A stretch of 64,000 nt of DNA from an uncultured delta proteobacterium (GTDB lineage Bacteria > Desulfobacterota > Binatia > Binatales > Binataceae): assembly GCA_963710425.1 (NCBI GenBank), contig CAVQAR010000018.1:71506-135505 (forward strand), written 5' to 3'. The notes under the pieces are model-generated. The model did no database searches. It was given only the letters and a program-made list of their open reading frames with translations, and had not been told where the DNA came from. The position numbers were made by a program, and so were the translations under genes. This document shows, piece after piece, positions 37,375 to 49,264 of this stretch. How positions within the stretch are numbered: position 1 is the stretch's first letter; every line of letters begins with the position of its first letter.

Positions 37375-40279
37375 GTGCAAAAACTGGATCGCCTGGCTGC
37401 CGGCGCAATAGTAGTTCTCCTGATCGCCAGCCCGCTGGCGTTCGGCAGCGTCCATCCGTTGGCGTATGGTCCGATGGAGGCGGTGCTGTTCGGATTGGTG
37501 ATCGTGTGGATGGTCAAGCGCGCGTCGCTGTCGCGTTCGTCTGACGCATCGGGCGGCGCCGGTGCTTTCGCGGGCGGAAAATTCGCACTTGCGATCGCCC
37601 TGTTCACCGGCTTCGCGCTGGTGCAGTTGACTCCGTTGCCGCCGGCCGTCGTTCGCGCGCTGTCACCAGCGGCCTACAATTTGTACGTCGAAACGCTCGA
37701 GGGCTGGCCGGGTGTCGCCCCTTACCAGCGCGTTGATACAGTCCCCCAGACTCAGACCGCTTCAGCGCCGGCGCTGGTAATCCTGCCGACCCGGGAACAG
37801 GTGCAGCAAGGAGCGCCAGTTCCGTTTGCGCCCGCGACTCACGCGACCGCCGCTTCATCGAAAGCGCTCGACCGACGCCGCCCTCAATCAACCGCCGGCA
37901 GTATCGACCTTGGCCGCCTCCATCTACGGATCGCGATGGCGTCCATTATCGATCGCGCCATTGCTGACCTGGTCGGCATTGCTGGCGATACTCGCATGCG
38001 CATCGGGCTTCATGTTCGTCGCTTACTATCCGTTCGCGGAGCAGCCGGACTCGCGCTCCGACTCTCAATTTCTGCGCGCAATATTGCTCGCCATCATCGC
38101 GGCCGGATTACTGGTAGCGTTCGTCGGCATCGTCGAGCGTGCGACCTGGAACGGAAAGATGCTCTGGTTTTTCGTTCCGTACGACTGGGGGCAGGCGATG
38201 TTCGAGCCGTTGCCGCGTGCGCGCGGGCCGTTCGTGAATCCCGATCATTTCGCCGGATACCTCGCGATGGTCTTTCCGTTGACCCTTGCGTGCGCGTTGT
38301 TTCCGAATCTGCTGACCCCGCAACGCGCTCCGCTGGCTTTCAGAATCACATGCGCAGTGGCCGCGTTCGTAATCCTGGTCGCTGTGTTGTTGAGCTTGTC
38401 GCGCGGAGGATGGCTCGGTCTCGCCGTCGGGTCGGCTGTCATGCTGCTGCTCGCGACGCCGCGTGGGATTCGCATTGCCCGGAAAACTGCGCACGAAAAG
38501 GATCCTGAACCCAATCCTGAGCGTCAGCTTTTGGCCTTCGCCCGATCGAACCGATTGAGACTGGCGCTGGCCGGCGGCGCGATGGTGGTCGCAGTGGCGC
38601 TGCTCTTCGTCGGCCCCGACGCGAGGTTCGACGCGGCGCTGCGCGTTCATGACTCAGTCTCCTCGGACTACACAATTCTCGACCGAATCTCGGCCTGGAA
38701 GAGCGGTCTCGCAATGTTCCGTGATTTCCCGCTCGCGGGCGCCGGTCTGGGCGCGTCACCTGAAATTCTTCCCCGCTACCAACTCCCGCCGTGGACGGAA
38801 TTATATTTCAACCACGCGCATAACGACTATCTCGAGCTGATGGCGGAAACCGGAATCGTCGGGACCGCCTTGTTCGCATGGTTCGCATACCTCCTGATCG
38901 ATCGACTCAGGCGCGGTGCCCGCTGGCTGACTCCGGCGGTGACGCCGGCATACGCGGGAGTGGTCGGCGGGATTGCCGCCATGTGCATGATCGATTTGTT
39001 CGATTTCGATCTGCGCATACCCGCGACTGCGCTGCTGTTCTCGGTTCTGCTCGGGCTCGCGATACGCCTTGGCAAGACGCCCGCCGCGGAAAGCGAGAAA
39101 ACCAATCGCCGCTCGCGCGCCTTCGGTCCCCTCGCATTCGGCGTATCACTCGCGGCAGTAGTTCTAATCGTCGCCGCGATGAGTCAGGGCAGTATTGTCT
39201 ATCCCTACAATCTGACGCAGCCGCAGAATCTCGCGCAGGCGCGCGCCCTGTTGAGCACCTATCCCGCCAATCGCTTCTCCCACTTGTCGCTGATTGCCCT
39301 CGAGGGCGACGCGATGACCGAATCATTGCGCCAGGCCGAACTTCAGCGCGCGGTCTGGACCGATCCGATCGATCCAACTACCCGCGATCGATACGCGCGA
39401 GCGCTCATGGTGGCGGGAAAACGCGACGACGCGCTCAAGCAGCTCGAGATCTCGATAGAAAACTCACCGGCGCTGCGAACCCATCCTTATCTCGACCCGC
39501 GCCTCCTAATCTGGCTGCCAGTTGCGGATAGGAAAGCAATCGAAGCCGGATTGGTCGAGGCGGTTAGCCGCGGATACCTCTACGCGCCCGACGCTCTCGG
39601 CGAATTCTACCGCGCGTTCGGCCGCTACCCCGACGCGGCGAAGATGTACGCCGAGGTTGCGTCGCGCGAACGCGATCCCGACAAGCGCGCCGAGTACCTG
39701 CGAGAATCGGGCGAAGCGTATGCCCATAGTGACTTCGCGCAGGCGATGGCGAAATTTCGCGAGGCGCAGGATCTCGCGCCCGACAATTCGCTCATCTACT
39801 GCGACATGGTCACGATGGTCATCGGGCCGCATCGCGACTTCAACCTCGCCCATAAAACCATCGCACAGGGTATCGAGAACGGCGCGGACCCCTTCCAGCT
39901 CTGGACCGCTCTGGCAGACGCTTCCGAGGCTGCCTTCGATCGCTCGCGGGCGGAGTCAGCGCTCGAGCAGGCGCTGAAGTATCAGCCCAATTCGTTTCCA
40001 ACATTGATCCGGCTGGCCGACCTTTATGTCCTGGATGGGAGGTCGGATCGCGCGGTCGCTACGATCGACCGGGCGCTCGAGATCGAGCCGGATTCCGCGC
40101 CGCTGTATTCCCGGCTTGGGCAGATTGAAGAAAGTCAGTATCACTACTACGCCGCGGAGCAGGCCTATCGCAAAGCCGCCGCCCTGGCGCCGGACAACCG
40201 CCAGTATCGCGAGGCGGTCGCGGAGTTCGGGCGCAAGCTCGACGCCGCCGCCGCGGCGACCAAATCACAGGCGCATTGA
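37375..40279 (+). CDS. O-antigen ligase/Wzy_C-family membrane protein fused to C-terminal TPR domain, frameshift within 37830-37900
   Basis: The N-terminal TMs are in ORF 37375..38508. The rest is in ORF 37826..40279, with LLSLSRGGWLGLAVG, GAGLGASPEI and NHAHNDYLELMAETGIVG, followed by TPR repeats. Confidence 0.8.
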
Positions 40280-40303
40280 CTCGGTGCCAGTCGTTGCCGT
40301 CGG

Positions 40304-41561
40304 ATGAAAATCCTGTACTTGAATCCCTCCGGGGTTTTCGGTGGCGCGGAGCAGAGTCTGCTGGACGTCATTGCCAGCGTGGGCGCGGCGCGGCCCGATT
40401 GGAATCTCTCGCTTATCGCCGGCGGCGACGGACCGTTGCTTGAACGCGCGCGCGAACTGGGAATCGCGGCGACAGTCGCTCCGATGCCCGAGTCGTTGGC
40501 GCAAATCGGTGACGCGGGCGTCGCCGGCCCCGCGGGAACCCAAGTCGGAAGATTTTCGTTGGCGGCGTCGATGGCGCTCGCCGCGGCTCCAACTGTCTTC
40601 TACGCGCGGTCGCTGCGCCGCAAGATCAACGCACTCTCGCCGACGTTGATTCACACCAACGGCTTCAAGATGCACCTGCTCGGAGCATGGGCCGCCGGCA
40701 AGACTCCGGTTATCTGGCACGTGCACGACTACGTGAGCATGCGGCCGGTCATGGCGCGATTGATGCGCCTGCGAGCACATCGATGCGCCGCCGCGATCGC
40801 CAATTCCAACAGCGTCGCCGCCGATCTTCGCGCGACCTGCCCGGACCGCAGTGGGGCGGGCCGCCGTGCCCGCCATCGACATTTCGATATCACCACCGTT
40901 TACAACGCGGTCAACCTCGATCGCTTCAAACCAGACGGCAATGTCGCTCCGACTCGATGAACTCTCCGGGCTCTCGCCGGCTCCGCCCAACACTATTCGC
41001 GTGGGACTGGTTGCGACTTTCGCGCGATGGAAAGGGCACGAAGTATTTCTGCGCGCGCTCGCGGCGTTGCCGGCTGGCGTATCAGTCCGCGGATACATAG
41101 TTGGCGCGCCCGTGTATCAAACGCGTGGCAGCCAATATTCGATGCCTGAACTGCGTGCGATGGCGGCGCAGCTCGGACTCACCGGTCGAGTCGGTTTCAC
41201 CGGATTTGTTGACGATGTGAGCGCTGCGATGCGCGCGCTCGACATCGTGGTGCATGCGAGCACACAGCCGGAGCCGTTCGGCCTGTCGATAATCGAGGCG
41301 ATGGCGTGCGGCAAGCCGGTGATCGCGAGCCGCGCGGGCGGCGCCGCGGAAATCGTCGAAGCGTCGGGGGGCGCGCTGTTTCATAGTCCCGGCGATGCGG
41401 CTGACCTGGCGAATCGAATCGCACAACTGGCCGGCGATTCGGCCAAACGCCGATGCCTGGGATGCGCGGGGCGGGCGGCCGCCGAACGATTGTTTGCCCG
41501 GCCACGGCTCGCGCAGCAACTGATCCAGATTTACGAACGCGTCGCGAGTGCGAGGGCCTGA
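40304..41561 (+). CDS. GT-B (family 4-like) glycosyltransferase, frameshift near 40945
   Basis: MKILYLNPSGVFGGAEQSLLD (ORF 40304..40960), followed by VGLVATFARWKGHEVF..QPEPFGLSIIEAMACGKPVIASRAGGAAEIV (ORF 40851..41561). Confidence 0.85.
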
Positions 41562-42715
41562 TGCGGGTTCTGCATATCGTTAGCGGCCGTCTTTATGGCG
41601 GCGTCGAGACGGCGCTGGTCACGATGGCGCGATGCCGCCTGCTATGCCCCGAGATCGATCCGGAGTTCGCCGTTTGTTTCGACGGCCGCTTGCACGCCGA
41701 GCTGACGGCAGCCGGCGCGCCGGTTCACATGCTGGGCGAGGTCCGTGTCAGGCATCCACTTTCGATATTGCGTGCACGGCGCAGGCTCGATGAACTCCTC
41801 GACGAGCGCGCGGCCGACGTCGTGATGTGCCACCTGGCGTGGGCGCAGGCGATCTTCGGTCCGGTGGTGCGCGCATCTGGCGTTCCGCTGGTATTCTGGG
41901 CGCACGATGCGACCGATACCCTCCACTGGCTGGACCGATGGGCTCGGTTGACCCCGCCCGACCTCGCGATTTGCAACAGCAATTTCACCGCCGCGACGAT
42001 GCTCCGTTTGTATCCGCGAGTAGCTACTCAGGTAATTTATTGCCCGGTGAGTCCGCCGGCATTCAACGCTTCCGTGAGTGATCGCGCCGAAGTGCGTCGT
42101 GAATTCAACACTCCGCTGGACGCCACCGTGATTGTCCAGGTGAGCCGGATGGAAGAATGGAAGGGGCAGAGACTCCATCTCGAGACACTCGGCCAATTGC
42201 GCGATCTGCCCGGATGGGTCTGCTGGATCGTTGGATCAGCGCAGCGTCCGGATGAAGCGCGCTACGAGCGCGAGCTGCATGCGGCCGCGAAGCAACATGG
42301 AATCGAACAACGCGTTCGGTTCGTGGGTCAGCGTTCGGATGTCTCGCGGATTCTGTCGGCCGCCGACATATGTTGCCAGCCGAATACCGGTCCGGAACCG
42401 TTCGGTCTCACCCTGATCGAAGCACTCCAGGCCGGCCTACCGGTCATCACCAGTGCGATGGGCGGTGCGACTGAGATCGTCAACGATTCGTGCGGAATAC
42501 TCGTGCCAGTCGGCAGTATTGCTGATCTGGCGTCGGCGCTGAGACTGCTCGTCAATGACGCGCAACTTCGCCGTTGCCTCGGTGGGTCGGGCCCCGCGCG
42601 TGCGCGTGAGTTGACCGATCCTGCGGCTCAGCTTTCACGTTTGAGAGGTGCGCTCGCAGGACTGCCTGTGCGGCAAGAACTGAACAGCAGTCGTCAGGGT
42701 CTTCACCCGGCCTGA
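41561..42715 (+). CDS. GT-B (family 4-like) glycosyltransferase
   Basis: MRVLHIVSGRLYGGVETAL..GPEPFGLTLIEALQAGLPVITSAMGGATEIV. The ATG overlaps the previous stop (TGATG). Confidence 0.88.
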   Translation: MRVLHIVSGRLYGGVETALVTMARCRLLCPEIDPEFAVCFDGRLHAELTAAGAPVHMLGEVRVRHPLSILRARRRLDELLDERAADVVMCHLAWAQAIFGPVVRASGVPLVFWAHDATDTLHWLDRWARLTPPDLAICNSNFTAATMLRLYPRVATQVIYCPVSPPAFNASVSDRAEVRREFNTPLDATVIVQVSRMEEWKGQRLHLETLGQLRDLPGWVCWIVGSAQRPDEARYERELHAAAKQHGIEQRVRFVGQRSDVSRILSAADICCQPNTGPEPFGLTLIEALQAGLPVITSAMGGATEIVNDSCGILVPVGSIADLASALRLLVNDAQLRRCLGGSGPARARELTDPAAQLSRLRGALAGLPVRQELNSSRQGLHPA

Positions 42716-43393
42716 GGTTTCATCTGGCGGACCAGCACGCACAACAGGTCACCCGGATACTGATTCGGAAACATGCTGGCCAATAAGGCGGCTACCATCC
42801 GGGGCGCAAGCCGCGAACCTGATCCACCGACCGGCGGATAAGTCCATCGCTGGACCGTCTCGAGGCCGTAGCGCGGCAGCAATCGATCGAGGCACGTTAT
42901 AAAAACCGGGTAGATATGGGTGGGTTCGAATGGAACATTTGTGCGATCGAAACCCGCGAGCTTTCCCGTGATCGCAAACCTCACTCTCGCGCGCACCGAA
43001 TGGACATTTGGCGTCGTCAGGAGGAAGTATCCGTCGGCGGCAAGATGGCGGCGCACGTGACCCAGTAGATGCCCCGGATTCTCCATATGCTCGAGCACCT
43101 CGATTGCGGTTATCAGACCGAATTTGGCGTCGCCGAGACCGAGATCCGAGATTGTCGAGGTCAGCCTGCGAGCAGGTGTACCCACTCCCTGCTTCCATGG
43201 GAACCATCGATCCGTTATCGACCCCGCGCAGGTCAGTGAATCCGTGACGCGCCAATCGCGCGAGCCAGGCTCCGCTGCCACAGCCGAGATCAAGGACGGG
43301 GGTCTGCAAGTCGATGCCTGACAGGGTTGCAAGCTTCACCAGCAAGGCCTCGTGCAAGCCCGCCAGCGTCAACTCGGCCAAATCTTCAGCCAT
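42703..43393 (-). CDS. class I SAM-dependent methyltransferase, frameshift near 43210
   Basis: VLDLGCGSGAWLARLARHGF is in ORF 42749..43393. FGLITAIEVLEHMENPGHLLGHVRRHLAADGYFLLTTPN is in ORF 42703..43332. Confidence 0.8.
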
Positions 43394-43490
43394 AGATCAA
43401 GTTAGAACCTGACTGTTAACAAAGACGATTCAGAATCAACCAGATTATCGCCCGTACTGAAAGAATTGTCGAAGCCCACGCGGCCGGAGC

Positions 43491-44986
43491 GTGCCCAACA
43501 GGATCCGTCGCAGACCGTCCTTCGATTCCTGCCGTCATCACGCTTGCGATCGTTGCTCTCGGTATCGGATTAAGGGCTTGGCACTACTCCGCAAATCCCT
43601 CGCTCAATCACGACGATATATGCGTGGCCCTGAACCTGATTGGACGGAGCGCCGGCGGCCTCATGCACACGCTCGATTTCGACCAGGCCGCGCCGCTTGG
43701 ATTTTTGTGGATCGAGCGCGCGATGGTTTGCCTGTTCGGTCCGGGCGAGATGGCGCTGCGCCTGCTGCCGTTCGTATTCGGATGCGTCTCGGTGATCCTC
43801 CTTGCGCGGCTTGCGACTACGCTCTTGCCGCCGTTCGAAGCGATCGCCGTAATTGGATTCTTCGGGTTTTCCCAGGCACTGATCGAATCGGCCATCCAGG
43901 TCAAACCCTACTCGCTGGACATCCTGGCTACGATCGTCCTGGTGTCCGTATTTCTGCCGCTCACGCGGCACTCCACGCGTCCATCGGAGCTGATCGCGGC
44001 CACTATCTCGGGGGCATTCGCGCTGTGGTTTTCCTTTCCGGCGGTGTTCGTGCTGGCTGGGATGGGCGCGGTTACCGCCAGTCTCGCGATAGTCGATCGG
44101 AATATCGCCACGGCTCCGCCGCTTGCTCCCGGTCTTTTGCGCCTGGGCGGTTTCCGCCGGATGCGCTTACTGGATTTCGCTGCGCGGGGCGCTATTGAAC
44201 GGGAGCCTCGCGCACCGCGAGTTCGTCCACATGTTCCCACTGCATGCACCGGCGCTCATCGTTCCATGGATTATCGAAGGCGTCACCACCCTCGGGTCAA
44301 TCAGCACTTCGGTTTGGCTGGCCCCGCTAGCAGGCGTCGCGTTGCTCCTCGCGGTGGCGCTGATGCTCTGGCGCCGCGACCGGCTCAGCCTGCTGCTGGC
44401 CGCGCCGATCGCTCTTTGTTTGATCGCATCGGTAGCGCAAAAGTATCCGTGGATTCCCCGGCTGCTATTTTTTGCCGTGCCGCTCACGCTGCTGATCACC
44501 GCGCGCGAGATTGGCGGCTTCGTGCGCGATCGCGCGCCCGCGCTGCGAATGCTCACCGTTTCGATCGCTGGTATCGCGCTCGTTTATGCGGGGCTGAGTG
44601 CGTTCAAGAATGTGGTCGTTAACGACGGCGGGTTCGATGATCCGCGGGGAGCGGTGGCGGCGATTGCAAAGGCATGGCAACCAGGCGACCGAATCTACGC
44701 GAGCGGCCCCGCAATGCCCTGCATCATCTACTACCGTATGCTGTTGCATGCGGATCAACTTGATTTCGTCAGCTCCCGCAATCCGGTTTACGTTCCCGGC
44801 CAGGTCCAACGAATAGTCCCGCTGCCCAAGACTCAAGGGCGTTTGTGGTTTCTCTATTTCGCGCCAAACGAAAAAGACTTTGACCAACGCATCCTGACCA
44901 ATTTCAATCAGGCCGGCTCGCTGGTCTCGCGCGCGCGCTACAAGAATTTCATCGTCGCGCTGTGGGATCTGAGCCCGACTCCGTGA
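43491..44986 (+). CDS. polytopic membrane protein with C-terminal soluble domain (GT-C/ArnT-like), frameshift near 44115 and probably near 43505
   Basis: TM-rich N-part: ..IPAVITLAIVALGIGLRAWHYSANPSLNHDDICVALN..FDQAAPLGFLWIER.. (frame of ORF 43624). It continues as LLPVFCAWAVSAGCAYWISL.. (ORF 44123..44986). The only upstream start (GTG 43491) is in another frame. Confidence 0.65.
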
Positions 44987-44987
44987 G

Positions 44988-45824
44988 CTATTGTCTGATC
45001 GCAACGATGTATTGCGTACAAGCAAACGGGCGCAAGCGCATCAACGTGTCTGCCGCAAGCAGCTTGATTCCGCGTTTCCATCGCGACTGACTCTTGCCGG
45101 GCCCCATCCCCATGAACTTAATTTCAGCGACCGAGAAACGCGCTTCGTTGAGCGCCCACACAACCTCTTCCACCGTGTACTCCCGGTAGTGGATATCGCC
45201 GGCATCGATGATCTGGCTCTCGGAAAATTTGGGTTTGCCGATGAAGTCTCTTGTGCCCCACAGCGAATGCCGGTCAAGCGCGATTCGCGCCGCGTTCATG
45301 AGCGTCGATGGATTCGGCGTGGTCAGAATCAGGATTCCGTTGCGGGACAGGATTCGGTGAATCTCATGCAGCAGGCCCAATGGATGGTTCAGAACGTGCT
45401 CGAAAACTTCTCCGAGCAACACCAGTTGAAATGACTCGTCGGCGATTTCCTTGAACGGTTGCTGATCGTTTAAATTGGATTCGAAATACTCGATGCCTTG
45501 CTCCTTGAACATCGCATCTCTTTCTTGAATGGCCCAACTATCCGTCGCCGTCACCTTGAAGCCGTGCATCGCGAACAGAGAGCTGACGTATCCGTTGCCG
45601 CATCCGATATCCAGCACCTTGGACGACTCGGGCGAAAGACGCGATCGCGCGTCGCTCAGCATCATCAGCACCCGGCGAGAGTTCTCCGGCCAGTACTGGT
45701 CGATGAACCACCGGTTGCCTTTGAATCCCTCGAGCAGCCGGTCGATTGCCAGATTTGTTTCGTTGGCTGACACCGCGCGGTTTGTCCAAATCGAAATGTA
45801 TCTCTGCCAGCCATACACCCGCAA
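44988..45824 (-). CDS. class I SAM-dependent methyltransferase
   Basis: 278 aa: VLDIGCGNGYVSSLFAMHGFKVTATD..FQLVLLGEVFEHVLNHPLGLLHEIHRILSRNGILILTTPN. Confidence 0.88.
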   Translation of the reverse strand: MRVYGWQRYISIWTNRAVSANETNLAIDRLLEGFKGNRWFIDQYWPENSRRVLMMLSDARSRLSPESSKVLDIGCGNGYVSSLFAMHGFKVTATDSWAIQERDAMFKEQGIEYFESNLNDQQPFKEIADESFQLVLLGEVFEHVLNHPLGLLHEIHRILSRNGILILTTPNPSTLMNAARIALDRHSLWGTRDFIGKPKFSESQIIDAGDIHYREYTVEEVVWALNEARFSVAEIKFMGMGPGKSQSRWKRGIKLLAADTLMRLRPFACTQYIVAIRQ

Positions 45825-45844
45825 ATAAGTGAGAACGTAGTTTC

Positions 45845-47179
45845 GTGGAAGGAATAGTTCTTTGCGGACTCGCTCTGCTTGCGTGCTTTATCGCCGGGCG
45901 GCGGTCGCTGACTACCGGTCTCGGAGTCTTGATGGGCCTGGGTTACGGTTACGGCATGATCCGCGCCAACGTGCCCGACTCGCTGGCACACTTCATCTTC
46001 GATGCCGGTGTCGCCGGCTTCTACTTGTCCCTCATGACGCGGCGCATGACTCCTGCGCAGCGGCGCCGCGTTCAGGTTCTGATGCCATGGCTCGCACTGC
46101 TGGTCGGTTGGCCGGTTCTGCTGTTTTTTCTTCCGGTCCAGGATCCATTGGTGCAGTTAGTCGGTCTTCGCGGACAGATATTTTTCCTGCCGTTCCTGTT
46201 AATCGGTGCGATGCTCGAATCGGAGGACTACTACGTGCTGGCCAAGTGGCTGGCGGTGCTGAATCTGATTGCATTTGGATTTGCCGTCGCCGAGTACTTC
46301 AAAGGTCTTGAAAGTTTTTTTCCCAGGAACGCAGATACTGCGACTATCTATAGTTCCAACGACATCGCCGGATACACCCAGTACCGAATTCCATCAACTT
46401 TCGTAACCTCGGCGTCTTACTCCGGGGTAATGGTCCTGACGATGCCTCTGCTGCTGAACGCGTGGACCCAAAAGCGCACCGGACGGCTCGAATACTGGCT
46501 GTTCATGGTGGCTCTGGTGGCCTCTTTGCTCGGTGTCTTCATGGGCGCATCGCGCTCCTGGGCCGGTCTCATGATCCTGGCGGTTGGCAGCACTTTCCTC
46601 ATGGGACAAATGAACGTCAGGGTTCTGCTCGGCTCGATCGCGTTGGCAGTCTGCGTGGGCTTGATCGTCGCGAACAACCCGCGGTTGCAGAGATTCACGA
46701 CTCTTCAGGATACCGACATGGTAGAAAGTCGATTCGCAACCAGCGTCAACGAATCGTTCGTTGACGCGCTGCATGACTATCCGATGGGCAATGGTCTGGG
46801 TGGCGGCGGAACCAGCATTCCGTACTTTCTCCAGGATCGCGTCAAAGATACGGTCGTGATGGAAAACGAGTACGGGAGAATCTTGCTCGAAACCGGCATT
46901 CCGGGGCTGCTTATTTGGCTGATCTTTATTTTGTGGGCAGTTGCCCATAGTATCCCCGACGGCGAATGGGCACTCGCACTCAGGCTAACCCGCAATCTTC
47001 TGGCTCTTTGTTTTGCTACCGCGGTGCTCGGGACCGGCCTTTTGACCTGGATACCCGGAACCCCAATGGTGTTGGCCTTTTTGGGATGGACAACGACCGC
47101 GTGGGTGAGGGCGCCCGCCGCCAGTCGCGTCGCGCAACCACAAGTCAGCCCGGCGGCCTTTGCTACAAATCGAAGATAG
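45845..47179 (+). CDS. O-antigen ligase/Wzy-like polysaccharide polymerase family membrane protein
   Basis: 444 aa with ~10 TM segments: GASRSWAGLMILAVG, PMGNGLGGGG, ENEYGRILLETGIPGLLIWL. Confidence 0.75.
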   Translation: MEGIVLCGLALLACFIAGRRSLTTGLGVLMGLGYGYGMIRANVPDSLAHFIFDAGVAGFYLSLMTRRMTPAQRRRVQVLMPWLALLVGWPVLLFFLPVQDPLVQLVGLRGQIFFLPFLLIGAMLESEDYYVLAKWLAVLNLIAFGFAVAEYFKGLESFFPRNADTATIYSSNDIAGYTQYRIPSTFVTSASYSGVMVLTMPLLLNAWTQKRTGRLEYWLFMVALVASLLGVFMGASRSWAGLMILAVGSTFLMGQMNVRVLLGSIALAVCVGLIVANNPRLQRFTTLQDTDMVESRFATSVNESFVDALHDYPMGNGLGGGGTSIPYFLQDRVKDTVVMENEYGRILLETGIPGLLIWLIFILWAVAHSIPDGEWALALRLTRNLLALCFATAVLGTGLLTWIPGTPMVLAFLGWTTTAWVRAPAASRVAQPQVSPAAFATNRR

Positions 47180-47209
47180 CCGTGCCGTCCTCAAACGAGA
47201 GCGATCAAA

Positions 47210-48377
47210 ATGAAGGGGACGTTGGAACCGTGGGTGCTGGTCTGTGGCGGCTTCCATCTCAAGGGTGGGATGGACCGCGCGAATGCGGCGCTGGCCACGT
47301 TTCTGGCGTCACGTGGGCATCGCGTCCATCTGGTGGCGCACGAGGTTGCTCCGAGTCTCGCTGCGATGGAGGGTGTGACAACTCACCTCGTCGCGAGGCC
47401 CGCCGGCTCGTATTTTCTCGGATACTCGACGCTTCATCGGCGCGGTCGCGATGGTCGCGCGCGCGGTGCAGGCGAAATCGCCCGACGCCCGCGTAGTCGT
47501 CAACGGCGGCAATTGCTCCTGGCCGGATATCAATTGGGTTCATTACGTTCATCACGCATGGCGGCCTTCGGGCGCGGGTCGGGGAGCGTGGTTCAAATTC
47601 AGGACTGCGGTCGAGAGCACGCTCGCCCGAAGATCGGAATTGCGATCGCTGTCGGAGGCAAGGATTATCATCGCAAATTCACAACGGACTCGCGGTGACA
47701 TTATCGATCTGGGGATTCCCGCGGCGCGCGTGCACACCGTTTACCTTGGCTCGAATCCGGAGTGGCAGCCGGTTACGCCGCGGATGCGCGCGCAGGCGCG
47801 GGAGCGGCTCGGATGCGGGCGCGAGGGTCCAGTCGCTGCATTTGTCGGTGGACTCGGCCGCGACGACCGAAAAGGATTCGACACGATGTTGGCGGCGTGG
47901 ATTAGTCTGTGCGCCGATCCGCGATGGGACGTCGATCTGCTCGTCGCCGGAGGAGGCCGCGAAGTTGAAAGCTGGAAGTATCGCGTCGAACGAGCCGGCC
48001 TGGCGCATCGAATCAGGATGCTGGGCTTCACCGAGCGAGTTGACGAAGTGTTGGCCGCATCCGACGTGCTCGTGAGTCCGGTCCGCTACGAGGCCTACGG
48101 ACTGAACGTTCACGAGGCGATTTGCTGCGGGGTTCCGGCGATTGTGAGTGCATGCGCCGGTGTCGCCGAACGTTATCCTGCGCAACTCGGCGGCTTGCTG
48201 CTGCGCGATCCCGACGACGTTGGAGAGCTGGTCGAGCGAATGCGCGGTTGGCGTCAATCAATCGATGCGTGGAAAGAATCGGTGAAGCCGCTGACCGCGG
48301 AATTCCGAAGCCGTAGCTGGGAGACGATGGCGCAGGAATTCGTAGCGCTCGCGCAAAATTCTGCGGACCACGATTAA
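47210..48377 (+). CDS. GT-B (family 4-like) glycosyltransferase, frameshift near 47425
   Basis: VLVCGGFHLKGGMDRANAALATFLASRGHRVHLV is in ORF 47210..47698. VVVNGGNC..AFVGGLGRDDRKGFD..RYEAYGLNVHEAICCGVPAIVSACAGVAE is in ORF 47451..48377. Confidence 0.85.
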
Positions 48378-48387
48378 GTAACCAGCA

Positions 48388-49256
48388 ATGTCAGCCGCAC
48401 CCAAATCCGCAGTTTCGTTTTCCACTGGTAATGAGCCGCCCAAGCCGTTGATTGCGATCGAAGCCGGCCGCGGATGGGCCGGGCTGGACCTCCGCGATCT
48501 CTGGCTTCATCGCGATCTGTTCGTCTTTCTGATTTGGCGCGACGTCAAGGTCCGCTACAAGCAGACCGTGCTGGGCGCGGCGTGGGCGATTCTCCAGCCG
48601 TTCCTGACCATGGTGATATTTACCCTGTTCTTCGGCAGACTCGCGAAGGTCCCCTCCGACGGAATTCCATATCCGATTTTCGCATACGCTGGATTGTTGC
48701 CCTGGACGTTTTTCTCCAATGCGATTACCGCCAGCAGCAACAGCCTGGTCGGCAACGCTGCCTTGATCACCAAAGTTTATTTCCCGCGCATGGTGATTCC
48801 CGCCGCCGCGGTCGGCGCCGGCCTGGTCGATTTGGCGATCGCCGCGCTTATCCTCGTCGTGATGATGGCGTATTACGGCTTCGGCCTCGGCTGGAGCGCG
48901 CTGATGCTGATACCGCTGGTGCTGTTGACCGCGCTGTTGGCGCTGGGGTTGGAATGTGGATGTCGGGACTCAACGTGAAGTATCGCGACGTTCGCTATGC
49001 GCTGCCGTTCTGCGTCCAGCTCTGGATGTATGCGACGCCGATCATCTATCCGATCAGCTTCATCCCCGAGCGATGGCGTTGGATTTTGGTGCTCAACCCT
49101 TTAACCGGTATCATCGATGGCTACCGATCGGCGTTGTTCAGCCGGCCGTTCCCATGGTCGGAGTTCACCGTCTCGACGATTCTGACGCTGCTCTTCCTGG
49201 TCTATGCGGCGTACTCGTTCAAGCGCATGGAGCGTGACTTCGCCGACGTCATCTGA
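48388..49256 (+). CDS. wzm: ABC-2 type polysaccharide/O-antigen export permease, frameshift at a G-run near 48947
   Basis: LWLHRDLFVFLIWRDVKVRYKQTVLGAAWAILQPFL..ITKVYFPR is in ORF 48388..48978. GMWMSGLNVKYRDVRYALPFCVQLWMYATPIIYP is in ORF 48474..49256. Confidence 0.88.
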
Positions 49257-49264
49257 TTTTCACG

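Noticed and set aside
36475-37455. Long antisense ORFs inside wzc (326 aa), and similar ones at 12046-12735, 40265-41098, 49278-49937 and 56987-58219 (410 aa)
   Set aside because: Each is opposite a gene with strong family motifs. All are Arg/Asp/His-rich and low in complexity, the expected high-GC antisense open frames.
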